The notes under the pieces are model-generated. The model was not told the origin of the DNA. It saw only the letters and a program-made list of their open reading frames with translations, and did no database searches. A stretch of DNA of 36,481 nucleotides from IMG/VR virus record IMGVR_UViG_3300037424_000062, positions 1 to 36,481 of that record, one strand, 5' to 3'. This stretch comes from a virus (taxonomy: Duplodnaviria > Caudoviricetes). Positions 1-6,589 of the stretch are shown here, piece after piece (positions within the stretch are counted from its first letter, which is position 1; each line of letters begins with the position of its first letter). The position numbers and the translations under genes were made by a program.

Positions 1-97
1 GTCATAAGGGTGGATAAGGGAGTTTGGGGAGAGCTGTGCCGCATTACCGGGTCAATTCTCTCCCCTCCCTCAGGCTGCCGGAGGATACTAGCGGCAG

Positions 98-1642
98 CTA
101 GCTCGCATAACGGGAACGCTTCCGGACTACCACCGGCTGTTCGGCCGGAGCAGGTGCAGGGCTAGGAGATGGAACCGTCACCGGATCAGGCGAAGGCCCA
201 GTCTCCGAAGGCTTGGCGGGCTCGCTCGAAGTCTTCTGCGGAATCTTCGAAGGGTCGGCGAGGAGGTCCCAATACTTCCGAGCGATCATCCGGAGTTCGA
301 TGGCCAAGAGAGCGAGAGCCTCGGGGTCTTCCTTCGACATGGCGAAGAAGTAAGCGTGAGGCAGTCGCCGCACTTCCTCGAGATTGCCAGACTTGAGGAT
401 CAGTTTAGAGAACATTGCCATATCGTTCTCGATCTTCTGGGCGTCAATCGGATCGGCGATCACGGCGGAGCCGTCACCGAGGATCTTCTTGACGTGTTCG
501 ATGGCCTTGGCCTGCTGCTGTGCACTCAGCACAGGGACGACTGCAGGAACAGCTGTCGGCGCAGCACCCTTCATGTCCTTGACGGGCTCGACAGTGCTAC
601 CATTGGCAGCCATGCCAGCACGGGTAGCAGCGATCTCAGCCGGAGAGGTAACCTTGCGACGAACCTTGATCTTCAGCGAGGGGCGTTGCTTCCAATCCTT
701 CGGCAGGAAGCCGGCAGTTGACTGGTAGAGGGTCTTCAGGTTCTTGCCGTGAACGTTGGGCGGAGGCGTCCAAAGGACTTCCTCGTCGACGTCAACACCT
801 TCGACAATCTCCGCCGCGACCTTCTCGACCGGGTCGGTCGGTTTGGTCACAGGAAGAGCCGGAGGCTGAACAACAGGCTTGGGTTCGACGGGAGCGGAAG
901 GGGAAGGAGCATCCGCCGGAGCCGATGCGTACTTGGACTTCTTCGGAGCCGGAGCTTCCGCAGCGGGAGCCGGGGTAGCCGCAGCCACAGCCGACTCAGT
1001 ATAGCCATAAGCGTTCGAGACAGAACCCCAATCGCCACCCATGCCGAGGTCGTTCTTCTCGATAACGAATTGATCCCCCTGTGCCGGAATGAACGCCAGG
1101 ACACCACGATGCCCGCCGCCGAGCGCCGCTTCGAAATCCGTAGCGAACTGAGCGGACTTCAGGTAGTCGATGACCTTCTGGACGTTGTTGCCGACCATGC
1201 TGTAGACTTGGTCGATCTTCGGACCGAGCCATTTGTCGACGAGACAGAAAGCTTCGGACCAACCTTCTTCGTCCCCGGCGTAGGACGGGAAGTCACCTTC
1301 GACGCACACTGCCAGGAGAGGATTGTTCTTGCTGTCCTTGAGCAGGACAAGAGGCATCACCTCGTCCTCGTCGAACTCCGGCGACCTGATGTCCATGAAG
1401 TAGTACATCCGGGACATCTTCTTGGTGTTGATCTCGATGTTGAGCATCTGATCGGCCGACTTCTCGGGCGTATCGAGCTTCGGGAACTTCTCGATCTCGA
1501 GCTTGCTCCCATCCTTGACGATCAAACCAAAGGCCGAAGGGTTCTCCTTGACGAGTGCTGCCAGAAGAGTCGTCGGCAGCTCGTGGCCCGCCTTGATTTG
1601 AGCGATGGAGGCGGTGAACTCAGGTTTCGTTATCGATGACAT
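98..1642 (-). CDS. Degenerate class II glutamine amidotransferase (Ntn-fold)-like N-terminal domain fused to a Pro/Ala-rich extension
   Basis: 514 aa ORF with RBS ACGGAGA. The first ~215 aa follow the GATase-II motif order by eye (NPSAFG ~ NPDGFG; EVMPL ~ NCHPF; VEGD ~ HNG; SEA ~ SDT; LAF..G...N..G...SN.Y). There is no N-terminal Cys. Confidence 0.6.
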   Translation of the reverse strand: MSSITKPEFTASIAQIKAGHELPTTLLAALVKENPSAFGLIVKDGSKLEIEKFPKLDTPEKSADQMLNIEINTKKMSRMYYFMDIRSPEFDEDEVMPLVLLKDSKNNPLLAVCVEGDFPSYAGDEEGWSEAFCLVDKWLGPKIDQVYSMVGNNVQKVIDYLKSAQFATDFEAALGGGHRGVLAFIPAQGDQFVIEKNDLGMGGDWGSVSNAYGYTESAVAAATPAPAAEAPAPKKSKYASAPADAPSPSAPVEPKPVVQPPALPVTKPTDPVEKVAAEIVEGVDVDEEVLWTPPPNVHGKNLKTLYQSTAGFLPKDWKQRPSLKIKVRRKVTSPAEIAATRAGMAANGSTVEPVKDMKGAAPTAVPAVVPVLSAQQQAKAIEHVKKILGDGSAVIADPIDAQKIENDMAMFSKLILKSGNLEEVRRLPHAYFFAMSKEDPEALALLAIELRMIARKYWDLLADPSKIPQKTSSEPAKPSETGPSPDPVTVPSPSPAPAPAEQPVVVRKRSRYAS

Positions 1643-1787
1643 TTCGTTCTCCGTTCTTTGCCCAGCGTGATTGCTGAAGCAACTTGGTCTTGTGGTTCTT
1701 TGCGTCGCGATGCTGCGCGAGACCCTTCTTGTTACGGAAAGGTTTCTTGCAGGTATTGCAAACGCAACGAGCAGTCCTATTTCCCAT
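1620..1787 (-). CDS. C2H2 zinc-finger micro-protein (55 aa)
   Basis: ATG at 1787 with RBS GGGGAG, shorter than the ORF-track call. Motif CNTC-KKPFRNKKGLAQ-H-RDAKN-H (C-x2-C-x12-H-x5-H). Confidence 0.75.
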   Translation of the reverse strand: MGNRTARCVCNTCKKPFRNKKGLAQHRDAKNHKTKLLQQSRWAKNGERNVIDNET

Positions 1788-1968
1788 TGGACTCCCCTTT
1801 GACTGGCTTCGTTCGCAGGCCACGATGGGCCATGAACTTATGCCGATTGAGCGCTTTCTTGCTGAGGAAAGGATCCCCACAATGAACGCACACAGCCGCC
1901 TTCCAGTTAACCACGTGGGTCTTCGGGCGAGGCGGAAGCTCTTCGATTTGAGTAGTCGTGATTGTCAT
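1777..1968 (-). CDS. C2H2 zinc-finger micro-protein (63 aa)
   Basis: RBS AAGGAG. Motif CVHC-GDPFLSKKALNR-H-KFMA-H (C-x2-C-x12-H-x4-H, with the canonical F and L). Confidence 0.8.
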   Translation of the reverse strand: MTITTTQIEELPPRPKTHVVNWKAAVCVHCGDPFLSKKALNRHKFMAHRGLRTKPVKGESNGK

Positions 1969-1970
1969 GC

Positions 1971-2498
1971 CTACTCCTTCTTGGCGTACTTGCTGAGAGC
2001 AAGTCCGGTATCCGGATTGGGATTATAAGTTCTGTCCGGAATTACTGAGAGAACACCACCGGACTTGTTACCAGACCATGGTGTTTTTTGATAGTACTTG
2101 ATTCGGGCCAAAGCCCCCTTGATGCGACTCTCACGCGTTTTGTAAGGCATCAAGCCCTTCATGTTGTAGACGTTGCCGTCGGCGAAGATTCGTAACCAGT
2201 GCTGTTCGTCCTCTTTGTTCATCTCGCCTGAGATGAGCATATCGAGAGCCGCGTCACCGAGCGCGTCTTCGAAACGCATTAATTGACGCTGATAGCGTTC
2301 GTCCTTGGACATCCAGCTCCCCCGTATGAAGCGAATGTGCCGTCTCTTCATACGCACGTCCCGTCGTGCGTACTTGTAGATACCGAAGAGAACAGCCGAT
2401 ATTATTAATACGTCTGTTTCGACAGGATGTTCGAACACCCATGTTGATACGCCAGTATACAGTTCAGCGAGTTTTTGGCTTACCTGACTCCATTGCAT
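1971..2498 (-). CDS. Hypothetical membrane-anchored protein (175 aa)
   Basis: RBS ACGGAGA. One hydrophobic segment (VLIISAVLFGIY) followed by basic residues. Tightly packed in the operon. Confidence 0.7.
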   Translation of the reverse strand: MQWSQVSQKLAELYTGVSTWVFEHPVETDVLIISAVLFGIYKYARRDVRMKRRHIRFIRGSWMSKDERYQRQLMRFEDALGDAALDMLISGEMNKEDEQHWLRIFADGNVYNMKGLMPYKTRESRIKGALARIKYYQKTPWSGNKSGGVLSVIPDRTYNPNPDTGLALSKYAKKE

Positions 2499-2676
2499 GC
2501 CGATCTCCGTTCTTCAGCCGTGTTACATGCCAGCCGAGACATGTCTTACAAAGAAACATCCTGAGAGCCCGATCCTTACGAGCCCTATTGATTGCGTCTT
2601 GCGCATCATTCGCAGACAAAAAACGCGTCTTACCCGTGGCAAAACACTCACGATGGCGTTCCCTGATCTTGACCAT
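2464..2676 (-). CDS. Small phage hypothetical protein, putative Zn-binding (C..GK.RF.S...A...R.F.C..C.GWH.T pattern)
   Basis: RBS CAGGAG. The pattern is one I recognise from small phage proteins. Confidence 0.7.
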   Translation of the reverse strand: MVKIRERHRECFATGKTRFLSANDAQDAINRARKDRALRMFLCKTCLGWHVTRLKNGDRHAMESGKPKTR

Positions 2677-2700
2677 AAGACTTATCTCCTGAAAAGGTAC

Positions 2701-2747
2701 AAAAATACCCCCTGTAGATTACTCGGGATGCAACGCTACAGGGGGTA
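2701..2747 (-). terminator. Rho-independent terminator
   Basis: 12-bp inverted repeat TACCCCCTGTAG/CTACAGGGGGTA followed by TTTTT on the minus strand, downstream of the 2771-3310 gene. Confidence 0.75.
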
Positions 2748-2770
2748 AGGCCTCAGTGGGGGAACTGAGG

Positions 2771-3310
2771 CTACACTCGTCTCGGGAGGACGAGGGTCAG
2801 TGACTCAAGGGCGAGCTCATCGCGCCATTCGATGCGTTTGTGATCAGCGTTAAACATGGCACGGTCATAGCCGCCGTACGTCTTGGATCGACGTACTAGC
2901 TTGAGGAGGTAATCTACCTCGACAAAATAGACGACTGTCTTCTTCCTGTTGAATACGACGGTAAGCCTCTTGTTCTGAAGTGGGCTGTCCCTTACCGTAT
3001 GGAAGTCACAGACGTCTTCGTGCTCGACAAACGCGAGCAGTTTCTCCTGCTCTGCACGAGCAAGGGAGAACTTTCTCTGGGCGCTCGATTGAGGATTCTT
3101 CACGCCAGGAAAGATAGCATCAAGCCACGGATCGTAACAACCTAGTGCTCGATCTCGGTAGTTGAAGAGTGGTTGCGCGTCCTCCGGTATGTGAGCTTTA
3201 CCGACGGAGCGCGGAACATGCATTAACGAATAAACAGACGTCAGATACGCACGTCTTCCTTGTCTCGCTTGCTTCCTAACCTTGAGTATGTTCGGATGTG
3301 TTCGACCCAT
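2771..3310 (-). CDS. Hypothetical protein (179 aa, basic N-terminus)
   Basis: ORF track gives 2771..3394. The ATG at 3310 (MGRTHPNIL) has a GGGGG RBS and avoids a long overlap with the upstream gene. Confidence 0.7.
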   Translation of the reverse strand: MGRTHPNILKVRKQARQGRRAYLTSVYSLMHVPRSVGKAHIPEDAQPLFNYRDRALGCYDPWLDAIFPGVKNPQSSAQRKFSLARAEQEKLLAFVEHEDVCDFHTVRDSPLQNKRLTVVFNRKKTVVYFVEVDYLLKLVRRSKTYGGYDRAMFNADHKRIEWRDELALESLTLVLPRRV

Positions 3311-3455
3311 CTGCTTCCCCCGCTTCGTATTCCTGTAAGTTATGAATTGTCTGGTCGATAATAGCCCGGACAAGGATGTGACAATTCTCAGCACCCCGGT
3401 CTAGGATAACTTGGGCTTCCCGAAGCCCGTCTCGGATATCCTTGAGAGTGATCAT
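3276..3455 (-). CDS. Hypothetical protein (59 aa, below ORF-track cut-off)
   Basis: Strong RBS GGAGGT and ATGA coupling to the upstream gene. Sequence MITLKDIRDGLREAQVILDRGAENCHILVRAIIDQTIHNLQEYEAGEADGSNTSEHTQG. Confidence 0.7.
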   Translation of the reverse strand: MITLKDIRDGLREAQVILDRGAENCHILVRAIIDQTIHNLQEYEAGEADGSNTSEHTQG

Positions 3456-3613
3456 GTTACCTCCATGCAGCTAAACCCGTGAGCTAGCCGGAAGTGTATC
3501 CTTGCAGCTTTACGCGAGAAGAGTATCTCAGCGCATCGGCTGCAAGCCCGAGCTTTGTGGTTCCGAGGCGTACCCCGGAAGTTCTTGATGAACTTCTTCA
3601 TTCGGATGCTCAT
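3452..3613 (-). CDS. C2H2 zinc-finger micro-protein (53 aa, below ORF-track cut-off)
   Basis: RBS AAGGAGG, first gene after the promoter. Motif CSRC-AEILFSRKAARI-H-FRLA-H (C-x2-C-x12-H-x4-H). Confidence 0.75.
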   Translation of the reverse strand: MSIRMKKFIKNFRGTPRNHKARACSRCAEILFSRKAARIHFRLAHGFSCMEVT

Positions 3614-3634
3614 AAACCCTCCTTGATTATTCCT

Positions 3635-3665
3635 AGTATGACATAGGTAGAGGTTCAGTCAAACG
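3635..3665 (-). promoter_or_regulatory. Sigma70-type early promoter
   Basis: TTGACT-N16-CATACT with an extended -10 TG. Shares the 12-mer CGTTTGACTGAA with the promoter at 7266-7296. Confidence 0.7.
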
Positions 3666-3676
3666 CAAACCGGTGT

Positions 3677-4054
3677 TCAGTTACCAGCCAGTGCGTCAAC
3701 ACTCGATGTGAAGACAATATCGCGCCACGGATTTGAGCAGGAATCCATATCTATGGCTGGTCGTCGTCCTTCGAACGCGTCGAGGATAGATGTCCCAGTA
3801 GTCCACGGATACCTGATCGGATCGTGTCGCACACTGAAGTCCACGCTTCGTGCGGAACCAGAACGAGCACGAGAAGAGTCATCACGGATAGCAGTATCGT
3901 CAACCACGTGCTTACGATGATGACGGCGGGAATGGCGGTAGGTTCGATAGCGAGCGTTAGCATTACTAGCCCCCTCCTGTTGGGCTGTGGTGACCTCACA
4001 TTGACCTGTCATAGGCCATAAAAGAACTACTATGGTGAGTGCTAGCCGCCGCAT
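3677..4054 (-). CDS. Hypothetical exported protein with N-terminal signal-peptide-like segment and Arg/His-rich tract
   Basis: ATG at 4054 (TAATG coupling, RBS GGGAGG). Sequence starts MRRLALTIVVLLWPMTGQC and contains RHSRRHHRKH. Confidence 0.6.
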   Translation of the reverse strand: MRRLALTIVVLLWPMTGQCEVTTAQQEGASNANARYRTYRHSRRHHRKHVVDDTAIRDDSSRARSGSARSVDFSVRHDPIRYPWTTGTSILDAFEGRRPAIDMDSCSNPWRDIVFTSSVDALAGN

Positions 4055-4299
4055 TATCGCCTCCCACATTCACGGATGAGTAGATCATAAGAACGCTTGA
4101 GTTGTTCCAATGAATGGAGTACAGGCAGACACGCCATCTCTACTCGCAGACGAGCGATGTCCTTCAATCCAGCAAGGTCCTTTGCCTCAACCGTGATGGA
4201 CTTAAGCTGGTTGTTCCTCGCAGTACATCGCCAGCTAATTAAAGCTGTGATGAATGCCTCGTTGTAGGAACTGTTACGAGAACCTCTAAAGCATTTCAT
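4054..4299 (-). CDS. Hypothetical protein (81 aa)
   Basis: ATG at 4299 with RBS GGGGA. Its stop is coupled to the next ATG. Confidence 0.55.
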   Translation of the reverse strand: MKCFRGSRNSSYNEAFITALISWRCTARNNQLKSITVEAKDLAGLKDIARLRVEMACLPVLHSLEQLKRSYDLLIRECGRR

Positions 4300-4307
4300 A
4301 GTATCCC

Positions 4308-4523
4308 CTAAAATGGTACTGGAAGTACCCATTGGTTGAGACGCTCGTCATAGTTGCCTTCAACATCTTCGATATCGAAAGCACGAGGTGTCTTGACGTT
4401 ATTGAAATCGAATACGCAGTAGACGAGCCTGTTCTCGTAATCGATTTCTTCGATGACACCATTGCCGTAATTAATATGCCAGATAGACATACCGGGACGG
4501 ACATCCTCTTGCCAACTAGGCAT
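4308..4523 (-). CDS. Small SH3/Tudor-like beta-barrel protein (71 aa)
   Basis: ATG at 4523 with RBS CAGGAG. The segment PGMSIWHINYGNGVIEEID...VYCVF resembles the G-x2-V-x-H-x2-F/YG-x-G-x-V pattern of the UvrD/PcrA C-terminal and CarD/Mfd Tudor domains. Confidence 0.6.
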   Translation of the reverse strand: MPSWQEDVRPGMSIWHINYGNGVIEEIDYENRLVYCVFDFNNVKTPRAFDIEDVEGNYDERLNQWVLPVPF

Positions 4524-5052
4524 TGGCGTAGCTCCTGCGCTCAGGGGTACGGAGGATCGAATCGAGGTCGGCAAGATCAATGTAGTAATCAGCCACACGA
4601 CGCAGACTATCTGCACACATGGGCGGGGTTACCTTGATTGAAGAGATGACGGTGACTCGAACACCCCGTTTCTGGAGGGCACGAACGAGACATTCAAAGT
4701 CACCGTCACCGGAGAACAGGTAGACATCAGAGAGATTGTTTGCGAGTTCAAGTGCATCGACAGCAATCTCGATGTCCATATTGCCCTTGATCTTCTTCCT
4801 TCCGCTGGCATCAATGAATTCCTTAGTGTCCTTGGTGACAACCTCGTATCCATTGTATTGAAGCCAGTCAACGAGAGGTCGAAGAGTATTCTCTTGATCA
4901 CCCGGCAGCAGCGCCGTGTAATAGTACATGCGAAGGAGATCACCCTTCTTCTCGAAGAATCTCCTAAGAGCCTTATAGTCGATGTCCTTGCCGAGAGCTT
5001 TCGCCGTAGCATAGGCATTCGACCCATCAATAAACACCGCAATAGGTTTCAT
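4516..5052 (-). CDS. NYN domain (LabA/DUF88, PIN-like) protein
   Basis: Motifs FIDGSN, YYYTA, KGNMDIEIAVDA, LFSGDGDF and ADSLRRVADYYIDL. It closely resembles the alphaproteobacterial chromosomal NYN family. Confidence 0.92.
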   Translation of the reverse strand: MKPIAVFIDGSNAYATAKALGKDIDYKALRRFFEKKGDLLRMYYYTALLPGDQENTLRPLVDWLQYNGYEVVTKDTKEFIDASGRKKIKGNMDIEIAVDALELANNLSDVYLFSGDGDFECLVRALQKRGVRVTVISSIKVTPPMCADSLRRVADYYIDLADLDSILRTPERRSYANA

Positions 5053-5309
5053 CTCTTTCTCCGTATTTCTTGTGTAAGTTTAAAGTCTTTGACAAACACC
5101 CAATGGCAATGCTTGCCACGATGGTGGTTCATGGTCTGAATGTTATAGACACGCAGGCCACAAGAACAAACAGCGATTAGGAATCTTCCATGATCCTTTA
5201 CGGAATCGTGGTAGTCCTTCTCGTCCCCCCAATAAGGATAGTCATCAGTGCAACGACCCGGAGGACACAGGTTGTTCCACTCACAATCCTTTCTTTTGCA
5301 CATTGTCAT
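5049..5309 (-). CDS. Cys/His-rich protein with a variant C2H2 finger
   Basis: Motif CSC-GLRVYNIQTMNH-H-RGK-H (C-x-C-x12-H-x3-H), plus four N-terminal Cys. ATGA coupling to the NYN gene. Confidence 0.6.
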   Translation of the reverse strand: MTMCKRKDCEWNNLCPPGRCTDDYPYWGDEKDYHDSVKDHGRFLIAVCSCGLRVYNIQTMNHHRGKHCHWVFVKDFKLTQEIRRKR

Positions 5310-5451
5310 TGTGTGATATCAGGATTGGGTAGTCCCACGTAATTGCAGGTGCAAAGATACGTGCGACAGACCGTGCATAAGGATTGTACGTTGTGAACGC
5401 AAACACGGGGTAGAATGTTTGATAGAGGAAGTTACCCCATTGATCTTCCAT
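5281..5451 (-). CDS. Hypothetical protein (56 aa, below ORF-track cut-off)
   Basis: TGATG coupling to the upstream gene and fills the gap. Starts MEDQWGNFLYQTFYPVFAF. Confidence 0.4.
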   Translation of the reverse strand: MEDQWGNFLYQTFYPVFAFTTYNPYARSVARIFAPAITWDYPILISHNDNVQKKGL

Positions 5452-5663
5452 CACTGCACCAGATGGTATCTGCCACAGCCCGGACAGTAAATGGCGAGGG
5501 CAAACTCACCATCATACGTACCCTTTCCATTCGGATAGGGTTTGCCTGATCCGTATGTATCTCGGTAGTACTCAAGAAATCCAAGGCACTCGACCTTGCT
5601 TTCTACAGCCATGCCGAGCATGTGTCTTTTGGTTTTTGTATTGATAACATTGTAAAGAGGCAT
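5451..5663 (-). CDS. Hypothetical protein (70 aa) with C-terminal CPGC..H motif
   Basis: RBS ACGGAGA; present in the ORF track. Confidence 0.7.
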   Translation of the reverse strand: MPLYNVINTKTKRHMLGMAVESKVECLGFLEYYRDTYGSGKPYPNGKGTYDGEFALAIYCPGCGRYHLVQ

Positions 5664-5684
5664 AACATTCTCCGTAATTAGTTG

Positions 5685-5713
5685 TTGACAGATGTATTTT
5701 ACATGTGTATGCT
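5685..5713 (+). promoter_or_regulatory. Sigma70 promoter antisense to the early arm, with a palindrome in its spacer
   Basis: TTGACA-N17-TATGCT. The imperfect palindrome ACAGATGTA-TTT-TACATGTGT overlaps the spacer. Confidence 0.6.
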
Positions 5714-5780
5714 AGGCGCACTCCGCCGCAAGGTTTGATATAGGATACTACGCATACCCGCCATGAAACAGCACAGTAGA

Positions 5781-5846
5781 CTATGGCGAAACAGCCTTTG
5801 CGAACAGGATAGCAAAGACAATGACCAAGATGTAGGCTGTCAACAT
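5781..5846 (-). CDS. 21-aa hydrophobic peptide
   Basis: RBS GGAGGG and TGATG coupling. Sequence MLTAYILVIVFAILFAKAVSP. Confidence 0.6.
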   Translation of the reverse strand: MLTAYILVIVFAILFAKAVSP

Positions 5847-5920
5847 CACACCCTCCATGGGTAGAAGGCTAGTCCAGTAACGCTAGCCATGAAGAAGATA
5901 AACATATAAGTCTCAAGCAT
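5846..5920 (-). CDS. 24-aa hydrophobic peptide
   Basis: RBS AGGAGG. Sequence MLETYMFIFFMASVTGLAFYPWRV. Confidence 0.6.
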   Translation of the reverse strand: MLETYMFIFFMASVTGLAFYPWRV

Positions 5921-5929
5921 GGTATCCTC

Positions 5930-6082
5930 CTACATTCGCTTAGGTGTAACCTTATCCTCGTTCTTAGTGAGGGTCACAGGTGCAGGATGTCTGATCCTGT
6001 TGTCAATATGCCTCATAAGTGCATCAAACTTCTCCGAACGACGGAGTATACGGTTCTTCACGATCTTAGAAAGTCTGCTCAT
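5930..6082 (-). CDS. Basic hypothetical protein (50 aa, below ORF-track cut-off)
   Basis: RBS CAGGAG. Starts MSRLSKIVKNRILRRSEKFDALMRH. Confidence 0.6.
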   Translation of the reverse strand: MSRLSKIVKNRILRRSEKFDALMRHIDNRIRHPAPVTLTKNEDKVTPKRM

Positions 6083-6099
6083 ATCAATCTCCTGTTAAT

Positions 6100-6270
6100 A
6101 GAGTGCCCGACCCTACAGCTGGCTTCCCGAGGGATATTAAGACTCGTCATCGCCAGTGAGTGGTTAGGTCTTAGCAGTTTACAGTCATGCTCAGGAACTA
6201 GGTTTCAGGACGTCCTAGCTACGCTCTCCGTTTGGAGACATACAACACAGCGTTGTTGGCTGTGAGGAAA
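6100..6270 (-). ncRNA. Candidate structured intergenic RNA (hairpins and pseudoknots)
   Basis: Gap with no credible minus-strand ORF and dense pairings: CACAGC/GCTGTG, TCTCC/GGAGA, CTAGG/CCTAG, AGCA/TGCT, CTGGC/GCCAG, GACC/GGTC. Confidence 0.4.
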
Positions 6271-6277
6271 GAACTAA

Positions 6278-6559
6278 CTAAGAACGAATCTTCTCCCACT
6301 CACTGCCGTCATCATCGTAGGTCAAGTCTATGACCGGCATGTTGAGAGCCTTGTATATCTTCAAGAAGGTGTCGAACTGATCCTTCGGCACGATGTTGAA
6401 CACATCACCGGGCCAGTCTGTCCGCCCGACACGATACCCGCCGTTGTAACTGTCCTCGACGAAGTATACCTTCGGCATGTCCCGAAGGACTCCGTCCATG
6501 TGTTGTTTCTGGATACGGTCAAGATTGGCCGAGATATTAATTTCGCTAAGTCTTCCCAT
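6278..6559 (-). CDS. Hypothetical protein (93 aa)
   Basis: RBS AAGGAGG. Confidence 0.75.
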   Translation of the reverse strand: MGRLSEINISANLDRIQKQHMDGVLRDMPKVYFVEDSYNGGYRVGRTDWPGDVFNIVPKDQFDTFLKIYKALNMPVIDLTYDDDGSEWEKIRS

Positions 6560-6589
6560 TATATCCTCCTTATGGATGTAGTAGCACTG

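Noticed and set aside
749-1639. 296-aa plus-strand ORF
   Set aside because: It is the antisense shadow of the GC3-rich 514-aa gene, has no RBS and has an implausible composition.
5763-5864. 33-aa plus-strand ORF downstream of the antisense promoter
   Set aside because: It has no RBS at a proper distance and overlaps two well-signalled minus-strand peptides, so the transcript is more likely non-coding.
6109-6172. Twister-, pistol- or hammerhead-like ribozyme call for the GACC-TAA...GGTC element
   Set aside because: I could not place the conserved catalytic cores (twister P4/T1 with AAG, hammerhead CTGATGA...GAAA). It is kept only as an unassigned structured RNA.
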